DNA of 64,000 nt from an uncultured eubacterium 1-6 (GCA_903789595.1 CAIFEZ010000003.1:108937-172936); one strand, 5' to 3'; numbered from the stretch's first letter, positions 27,608-36,412 are shown. The notes: generated by a model from the letters alone, not told the origin. A program made the numbers and translations.

Positions 27608-29290
27608 ATGAAAAAAACGCTGCTTTCGCGGCATATCCTGTTTGCTTCCTTAAGCCAGAAGGAAGTGGATACAATCAGGAATGATATCGCCCTGTTCAAC
27701 CAAATCAAACGCACGGTCACCAGAAGGAAGTCCGTATCGTGCGCTTCAGAGAAAGAAGCGGAGAAGACAGCGGACAAGCCTGACCTCCGCAGAAAGGAAA
27801 ATGCGGAGCTCCGGAAAAAACAACCGAAATCGGTGCACCTGCAGCTGAAGGAAGCATTCGGCACAGAAGACCATTTCACAAACAGTGCGCTCCGCTCTGC
27901 CAACGCCGCGATCCGGTCTGTCAAGGAACTGAAACAGATGAACCTTGACAGGGCCGAGTCAGACGTCGATGACATCACAGCCAAGATTAAGGACAAAAAG
28001 AAAAGGCTGAAAGCGCTCAACAATATGCAGGCATCCCTCGTCAAACGTTCGAAAGCCAAAAAGGCCGGCCGCCGTATTCCTGCCCCGTGTTCCAACCCGA
28101 TTGAGGTTTACAGGGACGGAAAGTGGTATATCACTTATTTCGGGAAAACCGTATCCGTTTATGAAAACGACTATCTTTTTGAGATCCGTTATCTCCGTCC
28201 GAAGATCAGGCAGCTGTCCGGAGCCATCAAGGCCCTTGTTTTGTGCAAAAACCGTCTGGAGCACAAGATCTCCCTGATGAAGGAGGACAAGGACGCTCAT
28301 ATCTGTTACGGAAGGAAAGACTTTTTCCGAAAACAGTCTACCGTATATGAAAACCAGCATGATGTATGGCTGTCCGGTTTTAGGAAACGCAGGAATAAAG
28401 CTCTTACGATTTCCGGGAGACAGGACGCGGACGGCGGGAACTTCCTCTTCCATTACGACCCGTTGTCACATACACTCTCTTACCGGTCACAGACTGGAAA
28501 AAGAACCATCGCGATTCCAAACGTTGTTTTTCCTTACGGACAGCCGGATGTTGACCACGCCGTAACAGTAAAGAAGCCGGAACGGAATGCGGTCACGTGG
28601 AGCATTGAGATCCACGGCCAGTCCTTCATCGTCAAATGCATGATAGAAGCTGTTTCGAATAAACGCATCAATGACGATTACAGCAACGGGTGTGTCGGGG
28701 TTGATTCCAACTACGACTGTCTCGCTGTAACAGAGACAGACGGAAGCGGCAACCTTCTGCGGCACCTGGTCATTCCCATTGATGTAACAGGAAAGTCCGG
28801 AAGCAACGAACAGTCCGTATCTAAGGCGCTGGACCAGGTTTTTGCCATATGCAGGGAGTCACACAAACCCTTCGCGATGGAGAGCCTGTCAATGAAATCC
28901 AAACCGCACCTGTATGGAGGAAAGAAACAGAACCGCCATATCAGCCTTTTCTCCGCGGATACTATTACCTGGCTTGCCGAAGGCAAGGCACTTCGTAATG
29001 GAGTGGCGTGCGCCTTTGTAAACCCGGCGTATACTTCACAGATTGGTAAGATGAAGTATATGCGGAGGTTTGGCCTCACCATCCACGAAGCCGCCTCCTT
29101 TGTAATAGCAAGAAGGGCGATGGGCATCCGTACAGAACGGCTGCCCGCGTGGATGCGGAGAGACCCTGTGGTGCAGAAAAAGAGGACTGCGAAAAACGCC
29201 GGCCGCAACGCATGGCGGGACGCATACACGCTGACGAAGAAGATCACTCCGGCGGAACGGATGCAGGGCCCACGCCCGTCATTTGCGTAA
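27608..29290 (+). CDS. Atypical TnpB-related protein (RuvC-like, no zinc ribbon, expanded N-terminal/REC region)
   Basis: 560 aa. RuvC-I is CVGVDSN (D366), RuvC-II is FAMESL (E425), followed by VNPAYTSQ. Only 17 aa then separate YTSQ from TIHEAASFVIARRA (E494 where canonical TnpB has D in DxNAAxNI). The protein contains no CxxC pair. Residues from about 40 to 160 are K/E/R-rich. Confidence 0.7.
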   Translation: MKKTLLSRHILFASLSQKEVDTIRNDIALFNQIKRTVTRRKSVSCASEKEAEKTADKPDLRRKENAELRKKQPKSVHLQLKEAFGTEDHFTNSALRSANAAIRSVKELKQMNLDRAESDVDDITAKIKDKKKRLKALNNMQASLVKRSKAKKAGRRIPAPCSNPIEVYRDGKWYITYFGKTVSVYENDYLFEIRYLRPKIRQLSGAIKALVLCKNRLEHKISLMKEDKDAHICYGRKDFFRKQSTVYENQHDVWLSGFRKRRNKALTISGRQDADGGNFLFHYDPLSHTLSYRSQTGKRTIAIPNVVFPYGQPDVDHAVTVKKPERNAVTWSIEIHGQSFIVKCMIEAVSNKRINDDYSNGCVGVDSNYDCLAVTETDGSGNLLRHLVIPIDVTGKSGSNEQSVSKALDQVFAICRESHKPFAMESLSMKSKPHLYGGKKQNRHISLFSADTITWLAEGKALRNGVACAFVNPAYTSQIGKMKYMRRFGLTIHEAASFVIARRAMGIRTERLPAWMRRDPVVQKKRTAKNAGRNAWRDAYTLTKKITPAERMQGPRPSFA

Positions 29291-29650
29291 CTGTTCCGGA
29301 AGGGGTATCAGGCAGTTTTTCATCTGTAAGCAAAGAAACGATTTGTTACTCGCAAACATCAGTATTCATGCCGTCAGGCAACATGCTTTTTCCTGTGGAC
29401 GAGGATCACGAAGCAGGGGACTGTGTGACGCAGTGTCTGGCGGCATCCGACAAAGATATGCACATGGATCCGCGTCACGCGGACGGGAAGCAATACCGGG
29501 CCCTGATCCGCGCTGAGAATCTCACGACATATCTTTCAGGTATTTCCGTCATGGTGATTAACGGAAACCGGCCCGCTGAGGTTCAGCGGCGGGCTCAAAA
29601 GAGGCCCCTTTCAAATCCCTTCGGGGATTTGGGAGTGGGAGCTTCACTTT
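29291..29650 (+). ncRNA. Candidate omega-RNA/reRNA scaffold and right-end region of the IS
   Basis: About 360 nt is non-coding and GC-rich, with consecutive stem-loops. These are tttccgt/acggaaa (29543-29567), ccgctga/tcagcgg (about 29571-29590) and aaatccc-ttcg-gggattt (29613-29630, a UUCG tetraloop). The composition turns AT-rich after about 29660. Confidence 0.4.
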
Positions 29651-29794
29651 AGTCAAATGAAAGAAATTAGGTCCTGCGATTCGTCGAAGAAGACTGATAT
29701 TTTTTGGACAATTTTCCGTAATAAAACTATTATATCACTGTCTTTCCGGAATATCTCGACAGATCGCAGGCGGTGATTATACGATCATGCATCG

Positions 29795-29823
29795 TTGACC
29801 TTATTGTTCCGGTTGCCTATAAT
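29795..29823 (+). promoter_or_regulatory. Sigma-70/SigA-type promoter
   Basis: TTGACC (29795-29800), a 17-nt spacer, then TATAAT (29818-29823). Confidence 0.6.
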
Positions 29824-29938
29824 AAAGAAGGATAGCGATTCAGCGCTCTGATCAAGAGATCCTGCGGTTTTCTCGGTGTGCTGAATATAGGTACCAGATA
29901 GTCGGCAAAAAATGCATCTTATAAAAAGGAGAACAGCT

Positions 29939-30337
29939 TTGAGTACAATTACAGGCATGAATCATGTGGCATTGAATTGTAATGGAAAAAAAGAGATGGA
30001 CGAGGTTGTCAATTTCTATTGCAACGTTCTTGGATTCAGGAAAACAGCCGGATGTTACGTCGAAGGACTGGGCAATATGGCGATGATTGATACCGGAACA
30101 GGCTCGATTGAGTTGTGGGACAATGCGGATCCGAAACGCGGAGATGGTGTGATCGGTCATCTGGCTTTGACCGTCGAGAATGCGGATGAAGCAGTTGAGA
30201 TTTTCCGCAAGGAGGGACTTCCGGTTGATTCCGAACCGGTTGATCTGGTGCTGGATACGGAACCGAAGATGAATATCCGGGTCGCATTCGTAAGAGGGAA
30301 GGCCGGAGAGTCGATTGAGATCTTCCAGGAGCGATAA
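29939..30337 (+). CDS. VOC-family (glyoxalase/bleomycin-resistance fold) protein
   Basis: A TTG start at 29939 lies 6 nt after the RBS aaggaga; the ORF-track ATG 29912 lacks an RBS. Motifs: MNHVALNC, GHLALTVENADEA and IEIFQE. Confidence 0.7.
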   Translation: MSTITGMNHVALNCNGKKEMDEVVNFYCNVLGFRKTAGCYVEGLGNMAMIDTGTGSIELWDNADPKRGDGVIGHLALTVENADEAVEIFRKEGLPVDSEPVDLVLDTEPKMNIRVAFVRGKAGESIEIFQER

Positions 30338-30375
30338 GGAGAACTGTCTGTTCTTTCTTGTGCGTGAGGGAAAAC

Positions 30376-30594
30376 GATGACAGTTATTGTGGACTGCTGT
30401 CCGGTGACCATAGGCGACAATGTCTTCTTCGGACCCGGGGTATCGCTTCTTACTCCCATGCATCCGTTTTGCTGGCAGGAGAGAAATCCCTATGTCAAGC
30501 AGGATGGAACGCTGACGGATCGGGAGTGCCATGCCGCGTGATCCGGGAAATTACCGATGCGGACAGGATGAATCCTCATCCGGAATCTGAATGA
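30376..30594 (+). pseudogene. Remnant of a hexapeptide-repeat sugar O-acetyltransferase (Maa/LacA type)
   Basis: It reads ...CCPVTIGDNVFFGPGVSLLTPMHPF...ERNPYVKQDGTLTDRECHAA*. After a frame shift the typical C-terminus VIREITDADRMNP follows. The N-terminal half is missing and there is an internal deletion/frameshift. Confidence 0.6.
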
Positions 30595-30944
30595 GCCGTT
30601 ATTCGTTGTGTGCGTATTGCGCATCAGATATGATTGCCTGACACGAATACTTCCAATATTCACATATTTCGATTCACTTATTATGAAAGGGGTGATCTGC
30701 ACAACTGGCTGGCTGTGCGGGTGGCCCCTTTGACATTGCTCTCAACCGACCGGGCCTCCGGCAATTCTTTCAAGCATTGACGGAAAAACTTTCCCTGTGC
30801 TATATTTATAAGGTTTAGACCGGAACGCCGCACGCGGAATGCCGCGTGGGGCTGCTGTATATTGCGCCGCGCGAAACACCGCGTGGAATGGATGGATCCT
30901 GCGGTCCGTGCGAGGACTCTGCGATCGGATTAGGAGTATAGAAC

Positions 30945-32537
30945 GTGGCTGATTATAGAAAAGAGATTCAAAAGAGACGTACCTTTGCGATTATTTCCCA
31001 CCCGGATGCCGGTAAGACGACATTGACGGAGAAATTCCTGCTGTACGGCGGCGCGATCAATCTGGCGGGCTCCGTCAAGGGAAAGGCGACGGCAAGGCAT
31101 GCGGTCTCGGACTGGATGGAGATTGAGAAGCAGAGGGGTATTTCCGTCACCTCGTCGGTTCTTCAGTTCAATTACGAGGGCTACTGCATCAACCTTCTGG
31201 ACACACCGGGACATCAGGATTTCTCGGAGGACACCTATCGTACGCTGATGGCCGCGGATTCCGCGGTGATGGTGATCGACGGAGGCAAGGGCGTGGAGCC
31301 GCAGACCAGAAAGCTGTTCAAGGTATGCGCCATGCGCCACATCCCGATTTTTACCTTCATCAACAAGATGGACCGGGATGCGAGAGATACCTTTGATCTG
31401 ATCGATGAGATCGAGAAGGAGCTCGGGATTCCGACATGTCCGGTCAACTGGCCGATCGGCTCCGGAAAGAGCTTCCGCGGCGTTTATGACCGCAACACGA
31501 ACAAGGTTCTGACCTTCTCTGATACCATGAAGGGGACGAAGGAGGGAAAGGAAGAAGAGATTTCTCTCGATGATCCGCATCTTCTGGATGTCATTACAGA
31601 GGACCAGAAGGAGCAGCTGGAGGAGGAGATGGAGCTTCTGAACGGTGCGGCGGAGGAATTCGACCAGGAGAAGGTGACCGCCGGAAAGCTCTCCCCGGTT
31701 TTCTTCGGGTCGGCTCTTACAAACTTCGGCGTGGAGACCTTCCTGCAGCACTTCCTGAAGATGACGATGCCTCCGCTGGCACGGATGTCCGACGAAGGCC
31801 TGATCGATCCGATGCAGGAGGATTTTTCCGCCTTTGTCTTCAAGATTCAGGCGAATATGAACAAGAATCACAGGGACCGGCTCGCTTTCATGCGCATCTG
31901 CTCGGGGCGCTTTGAAGCGGACCGTGAGATCTATTATGTGCAGGGCGACAAGAAGATGCGGCTTCTGCAGCCGCAGCAGATGATGGCGGACGACCGCCAC
32001 GTGGTGAACGAGGCGTATGCGGGAGATATCATCGGCGTTTTCGATCCGGGTATATTTTCGATCGGGGACACGGTGTGCGCGCCTGGCAAAAAGTTCCGTT
32101 TCGAAGGCATCCCGACCTTTGCGCCCGAGCATTTCGCGAGGGTTACGCTGATTGACTCGATGAAGAGAAAACAGTTCGTGAAGGGAATCCGCCAGATCGC
32201 GCAGGAGGGCGCGATTCAGGTCTTTCAGGAGATTCACGGCGGAATGGAGGAGATCATCGTCGGCGTTGTCGGTGTTCTTCAGTTCGATGTGCTCAAGTTC
32301 CGGATCGAAAATGAATACAATGTGGACATCCGTCTTGAGATGCTCCCCTATGAATATATCCGCTGGATTGAGAACTGGCACGAGGTGGATCTGGACCATA
32401 TCGTCGGAACCTCAGACATGAAGAAGGTAGAGGATATGAAGGGGCAGCCGCTTCTGCTCTTTGTCAATTCCTGGTCTGTGGGGATGGTTCTGGACCGGAA
32501 CGAGGGCCTGGTGCTGACGGAGTTTTCGAGGAACTGA
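30945..32537 (+). CDS. prfC: Peptide chain release factor 3
   Basis: GTG start, 530 aa. GTPase motifs are RRTFAIISHPDAGKTTLTEK, DTPGHQDF and NKMD, and RF3-like domains follow. Confidence 0.9.
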   Translation: MADYRKEIQKRRTFAIISHPDAGKTTLTEKFLLYGGAINLAGSVKGKATARHAVSDWMEIEKQRGISVTSSVLQFNYEGYCINLLDTPGHQDFSEDTYRTLMAADSAVMVIDGGKGVEPQTRKLFKVCAMRHIPIFTFINKMDRDARDTFDLIDEIEKELGIPTCPVNWPIGSGKSFRGVYDRNTNKVLTFSDTMKGTKEGKEEEISLDDPHLLDVITEDQKEQLEEEMELLNGAAEEFDQEKVTAGKLSPVFFGSALTNFGVETFLQHFLKMTMPPLARMSDEGLIDPMQEDFSAFVFKIQANMNKNHRDRLAFMRICSGRFEADREIYYVQGDKKMRLLQPQQMMADDRHVVNEAYAGDIIGVFDPGIFSIGDTVCAPGKKFRFEGIPTFAPEHFARVTLIDSMKRKQFVKGIRQIAQEGAIQVFQEIHGGMEEIIVGVVGVLQFDVLKFRIENEYNVDIRLEMLPYEYIRWIENWHEVDLDHIVGTSDMKKVEDMKGQPLLLFVNSWSVGMVLDRNEGLVLTEFSRN

Positions 32538-32573
32538 TGCTGTTCCTTATTCACGGTATGTCTGTAATGAAGA

Positions 32574-32898
32574 ATTTACGGATAAAACTTTTAACAGCCG
32601 GTAATGCTCAGGCAAAGGCGCTGTGGAATCCTCGCCCGGTTAGTTGTGTGAACAGTTTATCGTTAACGATACATTTGAAAGGCAGGAGTTTCACAGCACG
32701 GTTGCCATTCGCAAACTGGCTGTAACAAAGTTTTATCCTTATTTATTGAAGCTGCGGAACTCCTCAGGCGCGAGCGCCTTCGTCATACAGTCCTCGCTAT
32801 TTACCCGATGGAGGATTTGCGGATAAAACTTTTAACAGCCAGTAATGCTCAGGCAAAGGCGCTGTGAAATTCCTGCCTGGTAATTAAACCGTGAACAG
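32574..32898. repeat. Rep-A element, copy 2 (inverted orientation; one full copy plus an abutting extra arm)
   Basis: An extra arm at 32574-32655 ends in gtgtgaacag. The full copy at about 32656-32898 ends in ccgtgaacag, and its other terminus is the variant cgttaacgatacat. Confidence 0.8.
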
Positions 32899-32928
32899 TA
32901 TTCATATAGTATGATTATGCAAGAACGG

Positions 32929-32957
32929 TTCACAAAGACAGCTGTGTTTGGTATAAT
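32929..32957 (+). promoter_or_regulatory. Extended -10 promoter for the asp23-nusB block
   Basis: TTCACA (32929-32934), a 17-nt spacer, then TGgTATAAT (-10 at 32952-32957). Confidence 0.55.
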
Positions 32958-33040
32958 TGGAATAAATTCCGGTATCCGAAAGAGACAGGCATCCGGGACA
33001 GGCGGCAGAAGAACAGGCCGAGGGTATGAAGGAGGCATAA

Positions 33041-33436
33041 ATGTCACAGAAGGGATCTAAGGAAAAGCAGAACACATACATGATTTATGATGATCACACG
33101 GTCGGGACTGTACAGATTGCGGATGAGGTGATCGCGACCATTGCCGCTCTGGCAGCAACCGAGAATGACGGCGTGGCATGTCTGGGAGGCGGGATCACGC
33201 ATGCAAAGGCATCGCGCGCGGGTGCGCGCGCTCTGGCCAAGGGCGTCCGGATTGAGCTTCAGGAGAAGGTGATCCGGGCGAGCATTATCATCATCATGCG
33301 CTTCGGATATAATATTCCGGAGACGACAAAGAAGGTTCAGGAGAGAGTGAAGAATGCTCTGGAGACGATGACCGGCTTTGAGGTTGCGGATGTGAATGTA
33401 AGCGTCGCCGATGTACAGGTAGATAAGGATAAGTAA
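33041..33436 (+). CDS. Asp23/Gls24-family envelope stress protein
   Basis: 131 aa with GTVQIADEVIATIAALAATENDGV ... VADVNVSVADVQV. Confidence 0.85.
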   Translation: MSQKGSKEKQNTYMIYDDHTVGTVQIADEVIATIAALAATENDGVACLGGGITHAKASRAGARALAKGVRIELQEKVIRASIIIIMRFGYNIPETTKKVQERVKNALETMTGFEVADVNVSVADVQVDKDK

Positions 33437-33502
33437 ATATCTGCGCAGAAGGCGGCTGACAGAGGTTGTGACGGAATAATTAGATCGGGAGATATTGAGA
33501 GA

Positions 33503-33997
33503 ATGATACGTACCCAGCTGAGAGAGACTATTTTTCGTCTCCTTTTCATGAAGCAGTTTGCCGACAAAGAAGAGATGAACGATCAGGTAACCCTGTACCT
33601 GGATGAAATGCGGGGAGGGCTTGTTGAGATGCCCTATGCCTCCTATGAGGATAAGGAGGAGGAGAGGGAGAATAATCCTGACTTCGCCAACGCAGAGGAT
33701 GTGACCATGGAGGACGAGAAGTATATCCGCGAAAAGCTGTCCCGGATTCTCGAAAAGCTGCCGGCGATTGACGCGAAGCTGAACGAGGCGTCCAGGAACT
33801 GGAAGACTTCCCGCATGGCCAAGGTTGATCTCAGTGTCCTGCGGCTCGCGGTATATGAGATTCTGTATGACGAGGATATTCCGACCGGCGTGGCAATCGA
33901 TGAGGCGGTGGAACTTGCGAAGCATTACGGCGGGGAGGAGTCCGGTTCCTTTGTGAACGGCGTTCTCGGGCAGATCGCGCGGGAAGAAAAGGAATGA
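33503..33997 (+). CDS. nusB: Transcription antitermination factor NusB
   Basis: LRLAVYEILYDEDIPTGVAIDEAVELAKHYGGEESGSFVNGVLGQI. Confidence 0.9.
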   Translation: MIRTQLRETIFRLLFMKQFADKEEMNDQVTLYLDEMRGGLVEMPYASYEDKEEERENNPDFANAEDVTMEDEKYIREKLSRILEKLPAIDAKLNEASRNWKTSRMAKVDLSVLRLAVYEILYDEDIPTGVAIDEAVELAKHYGGEESGSFVNGVLGQIAREEKE

Positions 33998-34003
33998 TCT
34001 GTA

Positions 34004-35287
34004 TTGAATCATAATATATATTCGGTCGGACAGGTGAATGCATACATCCGGAATATGTTTGCGCAGGATTTTGCGCTGCGCATGATATCGGTGAAGGGTG
34101 AGGTCAGCAACTGCAAATATCACCGCTCCGGCCATATTTATTTTACACTGAAGGACGCATCGTCCGCCATTTCCTGCGTCATGTTCTCGGGCGACCGGAG
34201 GGGCGGGCTGGGATTTCTGATGAAGGACGGCGACCGCGTTGTTGTGACAGGGCCGATCGAGGTTTATACCAGAGACGGAAAATATCAGCTCTACGCAAAG
34301 AAGATTGAGCTGGAGGGAGCGGGTGCTCTGTACGAGCAGTTCCTGAAGCTGAAGCAGGAGCTGGAGGATATGGGAATGTTCGCTCCGGAATATAAGCGCC
34401 CGATTCCGAAGTACGTCCGCACACTCGGAATTGTAACGGCGCCGACGGGCGCGGCGATTCAGGACATCCGCAATATCTCACTGCGGAGAAATCCTTTTAT
34501 TCAGCTGATTCTGTATCCGGCCCTGGTACAGGGCGAGGGCGCAGTACCTAGCATTGTCCGGGGAATTGAGACGCTGGACCGGCTTGGGGTGGACTGTATC
34601 ATCGTCGGTCGGGGCGGCGGATCCATCGAGGATCTGTGGGCGTTTAACGAGAGAGAGGTCGCGCGGGCGGTCTTCGACTGTCAGACGCCGATTATCTCTG
34701 CCGTGGGTCATGAGACGGATACGACGATCACGGACTATGTCGCGGATCTCCGGGCTCCGACCCCATCGGCCGCCGCAGAGCTTGCGGTAGCTGATGTGCG
34801 GGAGATCCTTCAGCGTATGGAGGAATATCGCGACCGGATGGTTTCTGACATGGAGAGAAGCCTTTCCGGAGCCAGAGACCGGCTTTCGGCGGACCGGGCA
34901 AAGATCCGGTATCTGAGTCCGGCGAATCAGCTTCGGGAGAAGAAGCAGCGCCTTGCCGATCTGGAGGAGCGGCTGGAGGAGCGCGAGGACCGGATTCTCG
35001 GTGAGACGAAGAGGCGGTGGAACGATCAGCTGCGCCTGCTGCGGGACCGTTCGGAGCAGATCACGGAGGACAGGAGGCACCGTCTGGAGCTGCTGATCCG
35101 GCAGCTGGACGGCCTGTCGCCGATTCGGAAGCTGAACCAGGGGTATTCCTATGCAGAGGACGCGGGCGGCAGGAATATTTTTTCCGTGGAGCAGGTAAAG
35201 CCGGGAGATGAGCTGCTGCTTGAGGTTACGGACGGAGTCATCCACAGCAGCGTCACAGATACGAAGAAGAGAAGGAGAGAGGTCTGA
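34004..35287 (+). CDS. xseA: Exodeoxyribonuclease VII large subunit
   Basis: TTG start. It has an OB-fold N-terminus (SVGQVNAYIRNMF...VKGEVSNCKYHRSGHIYFTLKD), GIVTAPTGAAIQDI and IIVGRGGGSIEDLWAFN. Confidence 0.9.
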   Translation: MNHNIYSVGQVNAYIRNMFAQDFALRMISVKGEVSNCKYHRSGHIYFTLKDASSAISCVMFSGDRRGGLGFLMKDGDRVVVTGPIEVYTRDGKYQLYAKKIELEGAGALYEQFLKLKQELEDMGMFAPEYKRPIPKYVRTLGIVTAPTGAAIQDIRNISLRRNPFIQLILYPALVQGEGAVPSIVRGIETLDRLGVDCIIVGRGGGSIEDLWAFNEREVARAVFDCQTPIISAVGHETDTTITDYVADLRAPTPSAAAELAVADVREILQRMEEYRDRMVSDMERSLSGARDRLSADRAKIRYLSPANQLREKKQRLADLEERLEEREDRILGETKRRWNDQLRLLRDRSEQITEDRRHRLELLIRQLDGLSPIRKLNQGYSYAEDAGGRNIFSVEQVKPGDELLLEVTDGVIHSSVTDTKKRRREV

Positions 35288-35506
35288 ATGGGGTCTGAGG
35301 AGAAGAAGGAGCTGACTCTGGAAGAATCTTTTCAAAAACTGGATGAACTGATCGCGAGACTGGAAAATCGGGACATCCCGCTGGAGGAATCCTTTGCGAT
35401 ATACAAGGAAGGGATGGACCTTCTGAAATCCAGCCGCGAGAAAATTGATACCGTTGAGAAGAAAATGCTTCAGATAAGCGAAGATGGTGAGCTAAGTGAA
35501 TTTTGA
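35288..35506 (+). CDS. xseB: Exodeoxyribonuclease VII small subunit
   Basis: 72 aa with LEESFQKLDELIARLENRDIPLEESFAIYKEGMDLL. Confidence 0.9.
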   Translation: MGSEEKKELTLEESFQKLDELIARLENRDIPLEESFAIYKEGMDLLKSSREKIDTVEKKMLQISEDGELSEF

Positions 35507-36392
35507 CGAGGAATTGAGGAAGCGCAGAGACAGGGCAAATGACATAATCGAGCGTTATCTGCCGGGGGAAGATGCGGTCCCCGGAAAGCTGGCGGAGGCG
35601 ATGAATTACAGCATCCGGATCGGGGGCAAACGGATCCGTCCGATTCTGATGATGGAAAGCTATCGGATGTTCGGAGGACACGGGACGGCCGTGGAGCCTT
35701 TTATGGCTGCCATCGAAATGATTCACACGCATTCACTGGTGCATGATGATCTTCCCGCCATTGACAACGATGCGCTTCGCCGGGGCAGGAAGACGACCCA
35801 TGCGGTTTACGGAGAGGCGATCGGGATACTGGCGGGAGACGCTCTGCTGAATTACGCCTACGAGACGGCTCTTCAGGCCTTCCGGCACACAGAGGACCCA
35901 CAGCGGGTTGTGCGCGCGCTGGAGATCCTCTCATCGGAAACCGGTCTGTACGGGATGCTCGGCGGTCAGAGTGTGGACGTGGAGAATGACAAAAACGGCG
36001 TTTCCGCCTTGTCTAAGGAGAGCCTGGATTATATCTATTTCCACAAGACAGGCGCGCTGATTGAGGCTCCGCTGATGATCGGGGCTGCTCTGGCGGGCGC
36101 GGACAAGACTGAGACCGGATGTATGAAGGAGATCGGAAGCCGGATCGGTCTGGCTTTCCAGATTCAGGACGATATTCTGGACGTGACCGGAACCACGGAG
36201 GAACTGGGCAAGCCTGTCGGATCGGATACGAAGAACGACAAGACAACTTATGTCACGCTCCGGGGCTTGGACGGCGCGCGGAAGACGGTCAAGGAACAGA
36301 CGGATGCCGCGGTGAGACTTCTGGACAGCATGCTTGGTGAGAAGGAATTCCTGAGGGAGCTTCTCATCCGTATGGCTTCCAGGAGCAAGTAG
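35496..36392 (+). CDS. ispA: Polyprenyl (farnesyl/geranylgeranyl) diphosphate synthase
   Basis: The FARM motif is LVHDDLPAIDNDALRRG and the SARM motif is FQIQDDILD. Confidence 0.9.
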   Translation: MNFDEELRKRRDRANDIIERYLPGEDAVPGKLAEAMNYSIRIGGKRIRPILMMESYRMFGGHGTAVEPFMAAIEMIHTHSLVHDDLPAIDNDALRRGRKTTHAVYGEAIGILAGDALLNYAYETALQAFRHTEDPQRVVRALEILSSETGLYGMLGGQSVDVENDKNGVSALSKESLDYIYFHKTGALIEAPLMIGAALAGADKTETGCMKEIGSRIGLAFQIQDDILDVTGTTEELGKPVGSDTKNDKTTYVTLRGLDGARKTVKEQTDAAVRLLDSMLGEKEFLRELLIRMASRSK

Positions 36393-36412
36393 ACGGTACG
36401 GTTCATGACGTG

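Larger units (their letters stand above)
26976..29660. mobile_element. IS200/IS605-family element, IS605-like organisation (divergent tnpA and tnpB-like); ends approximate
   Basis: A Y1 HUH tnpA (minus strand) and a tnpB-like gene (plus strand) share a 112-bp divergent promoter region. Subterminal hairpins lie at 26976-26993 and 27025-27053 on the left and at 29543-29567, 29571-29590 and 29613-29630 on the right. There are no long terminal inverted repeats, as expected for this family. Confidence 0.75.

Noticed and set aside
29149-29652. Plus-strand ORFs of 167 aa and 77 aa covering the tail after the tnpB-like gene.
   Set aside because: They overlap the tnpB 3' end in another frame, have no RBS and give no recognisable protein. 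The region is better explained as structured non-coding IS end/RNA.
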